Notes under the pieces: generated by a model
Database searches by the model: none
The model's input: only the letters and a program-made list of their open reading frames with translations
What the model was told of the DNA's origin: nothing
Made by a program: the position numbers and the translations under genes
In this document: one piece after another, positions 36,829-47,300 of the stretch
Numbering within the stretch: position 1 is the stretch's first letter
How the letters are laid out: each line of letters starts with the position of its first letter
Source: a virus
Taxonomy: Duplodnaviria; Heunggongvirae; Uroviricota; Caudoviricetes
Length of the DNA: 64,000 bases
IMG/VR virus record: IMGVR_UViG_3300001687_000010
Direction: 5' to 3' (one strand)

Positions 36829-37628
36829 TGATAAAAGACGAAGCGCAAAACATTCGGCCAATGACCGGAAATTTGAATAAATTTTATAGGGGTGTCGTTG
36901 AAGATAATAATGACCCTTTAAAAAAAGGTCGATGCCGAATACGAATTTGGGGAATACATACGCCAAACAAAACAAAATCAGTTAAAGATGGCATTCCGAC
37001 TGAGGAGCTTCCGTGGGCAGACCCTTGTCTTCCAATTATAGAAGGTGGTACATCAGGTTTCGGAATGTTTGGTGTTCCTGTAAAGGGTTCACACGTTATG
37101 TGTTTTTTTGAAAATGGACATATTTTACAACCACGATATTTTGCGAGTTTGCCCGGATTCCCGACAGAAGCTTCAAAACCGAAAGAAGGGTTTAATGACC
37201 CTGATGGAATTTATCCGACTTCACATAGATTAAATCAACCGGATTGGCATAGATTAGCACGGGGATTGCCGGGTGCGACTTTAGTTGAAACTAAAAATTC
37301 TATGCGAGACGGTATTGAACCATCTTCACCATTTGCGGCACAATATCCCCATAATTTTGTTTTTGCGACTCATGGCGGAGTGGTTATAGAGTTAGATTCA
37401 ACACCGGGGTCTGAACGGTTACATTTATATCATCCTTCTAATAGTTATATAGAAATAGATAAAAACGGGAAAATGGTAGTGCGTAGTCAGTCGGATAAGA
37501 TTGAAGTAGTGCTTGGGGAAAAACGTATACATATCCAAAAAGATGAAACTAAAGCAGTCGATGGGGCAAAAACGACTACCGTACAGGGTAATATCACCTA
37601 TACGGGGCAAACAATTAATTTAAACTAA
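36828..37628 (+). CDS. baseplate central spike, gp5 N-terminal OB-fold (no lysozyme domain)
   Basis: YRGVVEDNNDPLKKGRCRIR, LPWA, GSHVMCFFENG, YPHN, DSTPGSER. Confidence 0.85.
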   Translation: MIKDEAQNIRPMTGNLNKFYRGVVEDNNDPLKKGRCRIRIWGIHTPNKTKSVKDGIPTEELPWADPCLPIIEGGTSGFGMFGVPVKGSHVMCFFENGHILQPRYFASLPGFPTEASKPKEGFNDPDGIYPTSHRLNQPDWHRLARGLPGATLVETKNSMRDGIEPSSPFAAQYPHNFVFATHGGVVIELDSTPGSERLHLYHPSNSYIEIDKNGKMVVRSQSDKIEVVLGEKRIHIQKDETKAVDGAKTTTVQGNITYTGQTINLN

Positions 37629-37637
37629 GAGGTAAAT

Positions 37638-38360
37638 ATGGCTTTTAAGGCGCAAGGGTTAAATCCCTGTGAAAATTTAAACAGGTCAGTGGATTCTAAA
37701 ATCGGAGAATTAGAACAAAAAGGTGTGGGTTTAAAGTCACAAATTAGGGCTTTTAAGGACCAGTTAGCCAGTTATGCTGAAGTACCATCGTCAGATGAGG
37801 CATTAAATAGCGCAATCGCTGGAGCAACTGTAAATGATACGAGTTGTGGCCAGACGGCTATTGCTCAAATACGGAATTTTACAGGTACGTGTTTGGATAG
37901 AATTTATAATTCAGCTCGAATAGCATCCACAAGTTTAGATGCGTTTATTAGGGATAGCGTGGACGACCTTACAAGCATAGTGGCGTTACCGGAAGCCAAT
38001 TTATTAGGGCCTTTAAGAAGTATACGGGATGCTTTGGGTGTATCAAAAATATCAGAATTATTGGCGGATATAGATAGCGCACTTGGGTGTTTGGCGGAAC
38101 GCAGTGAATTAGACGAGTGCCTCGGTTCACTTGATAATTTTAATGGCAGAGTAGACGATGTTTTAAGTTATCTTGGGTTAGGTGAAAACGGGGACTTTGA
38201 TTTAGAACATTTTAATGAGCATTTTGATATAGGTTTAAATCCATCCACTTTAAGCAATTTGGATTCATTAGACCAACATATGGAAGTTATAAAAGCAGAT
38301 GCTCTTAAAAATATTAATAAAACAATACCATCAACGGTTAATCCGTTTAATAAATTTTAA
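37638..38360 (+). CDS. baseplate-region hypothetical protein
   Basis: GAGGT SD, in structural operon. Confidence 0.6.
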   Translation: MAFKAQGLNPCENLNRSVDSKIGELEQKGVGLKSQIRAFKDQLASYAEVPSSDEALNSAIAGATVNDTSCGQTAIAQIRNFTGTCLDRIYNSARIASTSLDAFIRDSVDDLTSIVALPEANLLGPLRSIRDALGVSKISELLADIDSALGCLAERSELDECLGSLDNFNGRVDDVLSYLGLGENGDFDLEHFNEHFDIGLNPSTLSNLDSLDQHMEVIKADALKNINKTIPSTVNPFNKF

Positions 38361-38375
38361 TAAATAAAGGATAGT

Positions 38376-38681
38376 ATGAGTAACGTATCACGAATAAGCG
38401 ATATGGGTTCAGGAACTTGTTGTGAGGGTGACCCTCATAGTGCAACGGGTATTATAATTACAGGTGCAGGGACGGTTTTTGCGGAAGCCTCAAATGTAGC
38501 CCGAATAGGCGATATTTTAATATCAACTTCTTGTGGGCATGAACGAGTTGGTACGATAATTAGTGGTTCCAATACAGTGTTTGCTGAAGGCTCGAATGTG
38601 GCCAGAATAGGTGATAGTTTTGATGGGTGTTTTAGTGGTACTATTATCACCGGAGCAAATACTGTTTTTGCGGGAGGTTAA
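38376..38681 (+). CDS. PAAR-like spike tip protein (gp5.4-like)
   Basis: repeated G.IITG..TVFAE..VARIGD; Cys/His. Confidence 0.8.
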   Translation: MSNVSRISDMGSGTCCEGDPHSATGIIITGAGTVFAEASNVARIGDILISTSCGHERVGTIISGSNTVFAEGSNVARIGDSFDGCFSGTIITGANTVFAGG

Positions 38682-39218
38682 ATGGGTGATTCTGAAACCA
38701 GAAGTAAGTTAGATGAATTAATAGAAAGTTTGCCGGATACGATAACGCAGTTAGAAACTTCTATTGAAAAAATAGATGACCAGATAGATTTTTTAACAAA
38801 TGACCAGACGGGTGTAACTGAAAGTATGTCTATGATGACGACTGCGGCATTGGCGTGGATGGGCGCAAAGGCTACTGCTCTGAATCCAACTTATAGTGTT
38901 GTGACTTCAGGTACATGGGGTGTGGATAATTTAACGGATTGGTGTATTGTAGACCCCGGAGAAGCACCGGGCACTCCATTGTATAAAATATATTCATGGG
39001 GAGAGGTTACAAGTGCCGGTGCTGATATTCCGCAGTATAGACGGCAAGATGATTTTCCAGAAGCTTATGACCATATTAATCATGATTTAGGTACAGATGG
39101 TACTTATGGTATAGCTGATAAAATATCAAAATTAGGGACGGCGAAAACTTTACAACAAACAAATAAAACAAAATATGAGGGCTTTTTAAAAGCATATACG
39201 AGAAATAGGGATATATAA
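38682..39218 (+). CDS. baseplate-region hypothetical protein
   Basis: GGAGG SD; coiled N-terminus. Confidence 0.6.
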   Translation: MGDSETRSKLDELIESLPDTITQLETSIEKIDDQIDFLTNDQTGVTESMSMMTTAALAWMGAKATALNPTYSVVTSGTWGVDNLTDWCIVDPGEAPGTPLYKIYSWGEVTSAGADIPQYRRQDDFPEAYDHINHDLGTDGTYGIADKISKLGTAKTLQQTNKTKYEGFLKAYTRNRDI

Positions 39219-39622
39219 TGGCACATACACGAAGTTCAGTTTATTCTGACGTAGATATAGAATTATCTAAACAAACGGACGGTGATGTTACTAAAGAAAC
39301 AAACATCGATGCGATTATTAATAGCCTTACTAATATTGTATCAACCATGCAGGGTTCTCGCAGAATGTTACCGGAGTTTGCCCAAGATTTATGGAATTTA
39401 CTTTTTGAACCATTGGATGATGAGACGGCACGTCAGATTGGAGAAAGGCTTTTAGAAGCTGTTCGTATTTGGGATAACAGGGTTGAAGTTACACTTGTAA
39501 ACATGTCCCCTGATTATGACCATAATACATATAGATGTAGCATGAATTTTAGAATAAAAACATTTAGACAACAAGTCGAGCAAACAGAGCAGACCGTTGA
39601 CTTTGTTCTATATGCTCAATAA
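39218..39622 (+). CDS. baseplate wedge protein gp25-like
   Basis: YSDVD, AIINSLTNI.ST..GSRRMLPEF, LLFEPLD, WDNRV. Confidence 0.85.
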   Translation: MAHTRSSVYSDVDIELSKQTDGDVTKETNIDAIINSLTNIVSTMQGSRRMLPEFAQDLWNLLFEPLDDETARQIGERLLEAVRIWDNRVEVTLVNMSPDYDHNTYRCSMNFRIKTFRQQVEQTEQTVDFVLYAQ

Positions 39623-39633
39623 TTGGAGGCAAA

Positions 39634-41337
39634 ATGACGCAAGTATTAACTCCTGATTATATTAGTATCGATTTTACAACCGTTATAGAACGAATAAAAA
39701 CTCAATTAGCGGCTTCTGATACATTTCAGGACTATAATTATGAGGGTTCAAATTTTACGGTTTTAATGGAGTTGTTCGCTTATGTAGCGGAGCTAAATAT
39801 TTATTATCTTAATAAATTGGCCAAAAATATCCATATCGAAACTGCGGATACTTATGAGGCTGCAAATAGAGCTTCTCGAATGATGGGTTATGAACCCAAA
39901 GGTCCAATTTCTTCACGAGGTGTTGTAACGGTAACAGTCTCAGGCGCAGAAGTTGGTAGAGAGTATAGAGTAAATGAGTTTACGCAATTAACATCAACCG
40001 AGGAAGATGAAAACGGTGATGCTATTCAGTTTGCTAATACGGTTTTATATAGCGTTACGCCCACTGCTTCTCAATTTTCTTTTGATATGTATGTAAGACA
40101 GGGTGTTGTTACCGATTTAACCGGATATACGGGCGAAGATTTAATTGATAACGAATTGCTTTTGCCGGATAATTATGCATATGATAGTAATTTGGATGAT
40201 GATTATCCTTCCCTTCAATTATGGGTAAATGATGACTTATGGAGTAGATTAAGCGATTTTTATGATAATTTATCTCCTTATTATACTGATTTGGATGCGT
40301 ATATGTTTATATATGATAGGTATGAGCGAAGTAAGGTTTTGTTTAGTTCATCCCGAAATGTACCATCTTCTGACGATATAATAGCATTAAAAGTATTAGT
40401 ATCGTTAGGTGCGGACGGCAATGTCGGCGCAAATACTATAACAGGATTCCCTGAAAGTTTTGTTTATAAACCTTGGGAAACAAATGAAGATAATCAATAT
40501 GTAAGTTCTGAAAATATAGTTATTACAAATCCTGCGGCTACAACTGGTGGTGCTGATGCTGAAACTATTGATACAATACGGGAAAATGCAAAAGCAGTAT
40601 TACATTCCCAGTTTAGAAATGTGACTGCCGTTGATTATGAATCACATCTTGAATCAAGGTCGGATGTAGTTGTGGCGCAAGCGTGGGGTGAACAAGAAAT
40701 AGCCCCATCGGGTGATGTTTTAGAATTTAATAGGGTACATTTATCGGTTATTCCGACTGAATTTAGTACCGCAACAATTAATACGAGCGCAATGAGTTGG
40801 TATCCGGGTTGGGAAACAGCAGGCTCGATTGCTATACCTTCAGCTTTTAACCCAGCGTGGCGGAATACGTTATTACAATGGGTTGAGCCACGAAAAATGA
40901 TATCAGCTTATGAGGTTATGGAACGACCTGACCTTGTGTATTTTAGTTTTGATTTTGGTGTTAGAAAAAAACGTCTAACTGAAATGGATGAATTGGCCGC
41001 AGATATTAAAAATAAACTTAATTATTGGTTTAGGGCATCTAACCATGATTTTAATGAAACGGTTAATTTTAATGATATAATTGAGTATATTATTGACCCG
41101 ACAGAAGTGTCTCCGACAGATAATTTTTCAAATGTAACGGGTATACGGAATTTAAACCTTAGAGATATTGATGTACATAAGACGGTTTATGAGCCAAATG
41201 AAATAGGCAATTATCCGCAATATATTGAAACAAGCGCAGAATATATAGGCGAAAATAAGTTAAGAAAGATTAAACTTGGTTTTAACCAGTTTCCAGTATT
41301 ACAACTTAATACCGTGGAAGTTACCGAAGAAACCTAA
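39634..41337 (+). CDS. baseplate wedge protein gp6-like (baseplate J)
   Basis: DFTT..K, FQDYNYEGS, LGADGN, GGADAETID.IR, RNVTAVDY, AWGEQE. Confidence 0.85.
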   Translation: MTQVLTPDYISIDFTTVIERIKTQLAASDTFQDYNYEGSNFTVLMELFAYVAELNIYYLNKLAKNIHIETADTYEAANRASRMMGYEPKGPISSRGVVTVTVSGAEVGREYRVNEFTQLTSTEEDENGDAIQFANTVLYSVTPTASQFSFDMYVRQGVVTDLTGYTGEDLIDNELLLPDNYAYDSNLDDDYPSLQLWVNDDLWSRLSDFYDNLSPYYTDLDAYMFIYDRYERSKVLFSSSRNVPSSDDIIALKVLVSLGADGNVGANTITGFPESFVYKPWETNEDNQYVSSENIVITNPAATTGGADAETIDTIRENAKAVLHSQFRNVTAVDYESHLESRSDVVVAQAWGEQEIAPSGDVLEFNRVHLSVIPTEFSTATINTSAMSWYPGWETAGSIAIPSAFNPAWRNTLLQWVEPRKMISAYEVMERPDLVYFSFDFGVRKKRLTEMDELAADIKNKLNYWFRASNHDFNETVNFNDIIEYIIDPTEVSPTDNFSNVTGIRNLNLRDIDVHKTVYEPNEIGNYPQYIETSAEYIGENKLRKIKLGFNQFPVLQLNTVEVTEET

Positions 41338-41350
41338 TGTGGAGAAATAG

Positions 41351-44300
41351 ATGAGTAAATTCTCAGATTCAAGTCATTATATTTTAAAGACATACTTTGA
41401 CCAGTTATTAGACCCACGTACTGGTACGCATAATTCGTTTTTATCTGGCCAACGTAAGACTATTTGGGCAGATGGCGGTCTTAATACCACTTTATACCAA
41501 AAAAACGATAGTGGCGATTATATAGCGCATAAATTTTTAATTCAAAGCGTATCCGATGATAATTTTATATTTACATATGTGGAACGATTGTCTGACCATA
41601 GTGAAGCTACCGAGCTTGAAGTGGATAAAGAAATGTATTTCCGCAAGGATTCACTTTTCCATGACTGGTTACGGGTACACGCTTCAACTTATGAGCAATC
41701 ATTAAACACTAATAAAACCTTTATTTATTTTGGTAAAATTTATACCCTAACAAATGAGCTTCGGAGATATAATATCATATTTGATGGTATGAAAAACTAT
41801 GTGGTTTATGCGATACCGGAGCATAATAGAACGGAAAAGTTAGTTGAATTGTTATCTATTTTCTTTGATGAGGTTTATCAAGATATTTATAATATGACCA
41901 AAACCTTATGGTCGTTTTTTGATGCGAGAGAGGTATCTCTTGACCATATTAATTATATGGCCACTCGTGCTAATATAGAAACTGATAAAGATAAAATAGA
42001 GACCGAGTTGCTTTTGAGGGAATTCGTTGATACACTTCCGTGGTGGTTAAAACGTAAAGGCAGTTATTCATCTTATCTGGATATTTACAAACTGTTACTT
42101 GGAAATACCAAAAACAAGCTTAATTTTTATGAGCGTTGGATAGAATGGTGTTTGAAAACGGTACGGACTGGATATGGCAGTATACCGGACTCAGATTTTG
42201 AAGACCATCATTATTTGGAGTTTTATGGTTTAGAACCTACGGGCGGAGCAGGACCTTTTTATTATGGTCAGTATACATCAGCGAGTTATCCACAGTATGC
42301 AGATACTGCGCCGAATGTAGCCAATTGTGGAGAGATTAGTGTAAATTGTAGCAACCTTACTTCATTTGTGGGTTGGGCCGGTCAGGATACTGGAAATGAT
42401 ATGACCGCAGTTGGATATAATATACAAATTGATGGATTTAATGCGGCTACAGAAAGTGCTTATTTATACTCTAATGTAACAAGTGCTGCAAATATTAGAA
42501 ACTGTATAGAAGTTTCTATGGATTCTTCTTCTGTCCCAAGTGGTGGTTTGTTTGTATGGGCGGCAAGTAATTATCCAGATAAAACCCTGACTGCTCATGA
42601 AACAAATGGTAAAAATTATATCGGTATTTCATATGAAGTTTTAGGCGCAACGCCAAGTGGTGCCGTCACCGGAAGGCGTTTTAAAGTATGGGAGCATTAT
42701 AACGGTACTATGTATGCGAGTTCAAGCATAGAAACCTATAATGCTGATACGGAATATTATTTAACAATTCAAAAACTTGGCACTGATTTTAAAGTATATG
42801 TTTATGATAATTCCCTTAGACGTACTCAAGATTATATAGAAACAATACAATTAAGCCTTCATGAGAATGCTTCTTATAGTGTTAGGTATGCGGTTAATAG
42901 CAGAACCGAGCCGGTAGGTGGTTCATGGACTGGTGATATACAAAATTATTATCAATGGCATAGGTCAGTTGATTCAGTTGCGATATCAGGATATAAAGTA
43001 TTATCTCCACATTATAGGCTTGAAATTGACTTATCTTCTGAACCGATGGGTGAAGATTTTATTATTAGTCAAAATCAGGCGGATGAGCTTCTTAGATATT
43101 GGGAATATTTAAAACCTGTAAGTAAATTTATCCACTATAATTGGTTAATATCACCCCTTGGTCAAATTGATTCATTATCAACTTCTGTACCTTTATACAA
43201 TCAAGCAAATTATACAGCATTTTTAAATACACAGTTTGTCGGCCAGAATTTTGTATCAGCAGGCGTACCATCTGCCGCCGGCGATTTTTATGAAGAGACA
43301 TTTAGAGAAATAATTACAGCCGCTGATAGTTTATGGATTGTTCGTCATGGACTTGCATCGGATGAATTAATTATACAAACATATACAGCGGCTGGTAAGC
43401 AAAATTGGGGGATTCGTCATTATTATCCCGATGAGAATAGGGTAGAGATTGAGTTTGCTGGTTCGGAAAATGGAATTGTATTAGCGGCGGGATTAAAACC
43501 AGCAAATATTGCGTATACCCAATCAACTCCTCTTACTGCATGGAGTGTTCAACATAATCAAGCAACAGCGGCCGCCGCAAGTGGCGTGGTTTTTGAGTGC
43601 GTATCAATATCCGGTAATACTGCGGTTGATTTAACGGCTTCAACAGAACTCGATACTCATTTTAATATAGGTACGGAGGCTTTAGGTGGATGGACGTCTT
43701 ATATCGGACCGTCTTATTGGAGTACATCAGCCGCATCTCCTTCTGCAACTTGGGTATGGGATGGAACTCAATATACGCTTAATATTCCGGTATCGGGAGT
43801 AGCGGGACAAAATATATCAGTTCCATTGGTCCCGATAGGAAGTTGGAAAAATGATTTTGTAAGAGAAAAAATTAGATTAACATATACAGCTTATGGTAAT
43901 ACACCATCAGCCGGTACTCAGTGGATTTTAGAAGGTACACCTGCGGCCTCTGCGATAGCGGTAAGTCAGAGTCCGCCTGTTAGTTTAAGAGAAATAAAAA
44001 CCACTAATTTTGGCGATTGGTGGTATGAATTAGGTAATATAAGTAAGTTAAATTGGGATGTTTATTCTGGAGATATTGTTTATTCTTATGCGGCGGCATC
44101 TGCCGGTTATTATTTTGATGCGCTTATACAAAATAATTATTTTATTGACGCAGACAATGTAGTTGATGGTGATTCTGGAACAAATGGCACTATTACAGGA
44201 ATAGATGGTCATATAGTAACAAGTTTATATACATCAGGTGCATTTAGTAGCCAAACAGTGTCGGGTGATTATTTGAATCTAACAGGTGGGTTTAAATTTG

Positions 44301-47300
44301 ATTCTGGACTTAATTTCGAAACTGGAGGAGGCTTTTTAACGACCCGTGCGGCAAGTGGTCATTATGTTCAAAAAGATGATGATACAAGATTAATATTTGA
44401 TTTTGGCGACAACGGTATCGGAGATTTTGAGATTTGGTTTGATGTATTTTGGGAAGGTGCTCTTCTTGGACCAGAACCAAGATATGCATATAATACGAAT
44501 GGTGGACTTGGTGCACCTCCGTATACAGGCTCAGAAATTAGTTATTTCTTCTTAACAGATGTTCTTGGAACCGTAAAAGAGCACAGTACATACCAAGAGG
44601 GTTTAAAATGGGGAACACATAGGAATGCGTTTAATAATATTACATGGCACGTTCATGATTTTAGTCAATACCCAACCGGATATAATCTTAATGGGAATCA
44701 CAATGTAAATTATCCATATGGTGTGGCTAAACGTACAGGGGCTGATATATCTATTCGATTTTGGGATAGTCCAACTCGAGATGGTGGTGCTCAGACTTTA
44801 ACTTCAATTACCACAAACCAAACCGATAAAAAGAGATATTTATACGTGTTTGCTTCATGGGGAAATGATAATGAAGAAGCAGATTGGGTTAGAATCGGTA
44901 TGAAAAATGTTAGATTAATAAGTGGTGATTTTATACCAAGTGCTGCCTCTACTTTCTGGTTTCCTGACCCCTCATATGATATTTCAAAAGTTGAAGTGAG
45001 ACCGATAGGAAGCGGTACTCAAAATGCAACTGCTATACCTTTATTTTCGAGAACAACTTCTGGAGATAACCATACTATACCAAGTGGTGGGTTATCGGAA
45101 TTTGAATGGTTTGATATTACAAATGATACAAATGCCCCATCACCGTGGACATGGCAAGATATAGAGGATTTAAACTTTAAGGTTAAGTTTACACCTCAGT
45201 CCAGATTTGATGGTGGATTTTATGTTGATGTAAGCGATTTTGAAGTAAATGGAAAAATTAATGCTTTAACAGATTTTCCGATGAAGGTATTTCTTAATAA
45301 TCATTCTGGTAAAAATAATTTAGATTTAACCGGAATATTTAATACGATAGGTAATGATTATACTAAGTTTAGAGTCGTAGATGATTTGGGCAATACTTTA
45401 TGGACGGAAGTTGAGCAATGGGATGGTACTGCGGCATCACCTTCTGCTTCGGTTTGGGTTAGAGTGCCAAGTTTTCCAACCACAGGAATTAAACGATTTA
45501 GAATAGAATATGGTAATGAAATAAACAACAATCGAATTGGTACGACAGGTTCGGCTAAAGCGGCTAAAGTATGGGATAGATATTTTGTTCATGTTTATCA
45601 TATGAATCAAGTTCCAACCACGGCTTCATATCCAAATCCCCTTATAAATAGTCAAGTATCAAGCGGTAGCAATATGACTGCGTATGGTCCATTTGGTCCT
45701 GATACTGGAGGCCATGCTTGGCAAAATGTTGGAAGCGATAGAACATCAGGAGCAATGGCCATCCGTTTTGATGGAGTTAATGATGGTTATAGATGTAAAA
45801 ACGGATTGTTTAATACATTAGGAATGGCAGCTTTTACGATTGAATCAGTTGTAAGCCCACATTCTCCAAATGGTGGAGGAACTGATGATTGGATTCTTGA
45901 TTATAAACATAGTGATGATGCCAATGCGGTACTTGCTCAAAGAAGGGATTATGGCACTCAGAGATTAGAAACATATGCATGGGTAAATGGTGGCGGCTTT
46001 ACGGTAACTTTGCCAATAGGTGTGGATGTAGGCAAATGGTATTATATGGGTGGTAAATGGTCAAACGCAAGACCTTTGGTAGTTGGCGGCAACACAGGTG
46101 AATATTTTAACTTAGTTTCAGGTGGTACTGTAAAAACTGGAAATTTTGATAGAGGTAGCACGATTCATTATATTGGTGATTATCAAGATGATACTCACAG
46201 ATGTTGGCCCGGATATATTGGTGAGGTTAGATTATCTAAATGTGAACGACCTAATTCATATTTAAAAGCAACTTATGAAACTATATTTGATAGGCTAATA
46301 AATTATGGTACGCCATCAGGAGCATCAGGTGAAACTTTTAGTTTAAGCAGAGAAGATATACGGATAACATATCAGCAGCCACTTGGTCAAACCGGCTATA
46401 CAGGGCCGTCTTCATATACGTTAGAGAATATAGAGTTTTATGATGTTCCGGTATCGGCTACAAAAATAGAATTTGACGGTTTACCACGTGAAGCCGCAGG
46501 ATATGTATTATTAAACGGTAGAGGTGACCCACCTGATTATGAATATGATTTCGAGGTTGAAATTACTTCAGCCGGTGCCGGTGACCTTTACACACCGGTC
46601 GGCGGAGGCGGCGGAGGATATGATAGCACTTATTATATTTTTGCCACTGAAGTAGCAGGAACAGAAGAATGGGTTTCTTATAATCAAGCATTGTTTCCAT
46701 TTGGTGAACAAAAAGGCAATAATGGGAACGCATATGAAGGTGGTATTTGGGTAGATAATAATGGTCAATATGTTTATTTTGGTTCGACAGGAGGCGGAAA
46801 CGCATCACTTGAAGTATGGGAGCATGACGGTTCCGGTGGATTAACTCTTATAGATACAGATGAATATTATGTTGGTGACCCAATTTTAGGTATATGGGGA
46901 GATGGAACTTATATTTATTCAACAAGATATTCTCAATTGACTGCTTATAGTTTCAACGGGACTACTTTAACTCCTATTGATGCTGAAACCGGCGGAGCCG
47001 CAAATGTCTATAAAGACGTATGGGGAGACGGTGATTATATTTATACGGTAGATGATACTGGCGGTCTTGGTGTATGGACATTTGATGGCGCAACTCTTAC
47101 GGAAGAATATAATGAATGGAATGCTTGGAATTATGAAGCAGTATGGGCGTACAAAGATGATAATGGAAAACATATTATCTTTGCCGCCAGTAGACAAGGG
47201 GGCAGTAATTATGGCCCTGCCGGATTAGAAGTTTGGGAATGGGTGCCCGGAGATGCTTTATATTTTAGAGATGGAATAGCTTTTAATAGTGCTGACCATA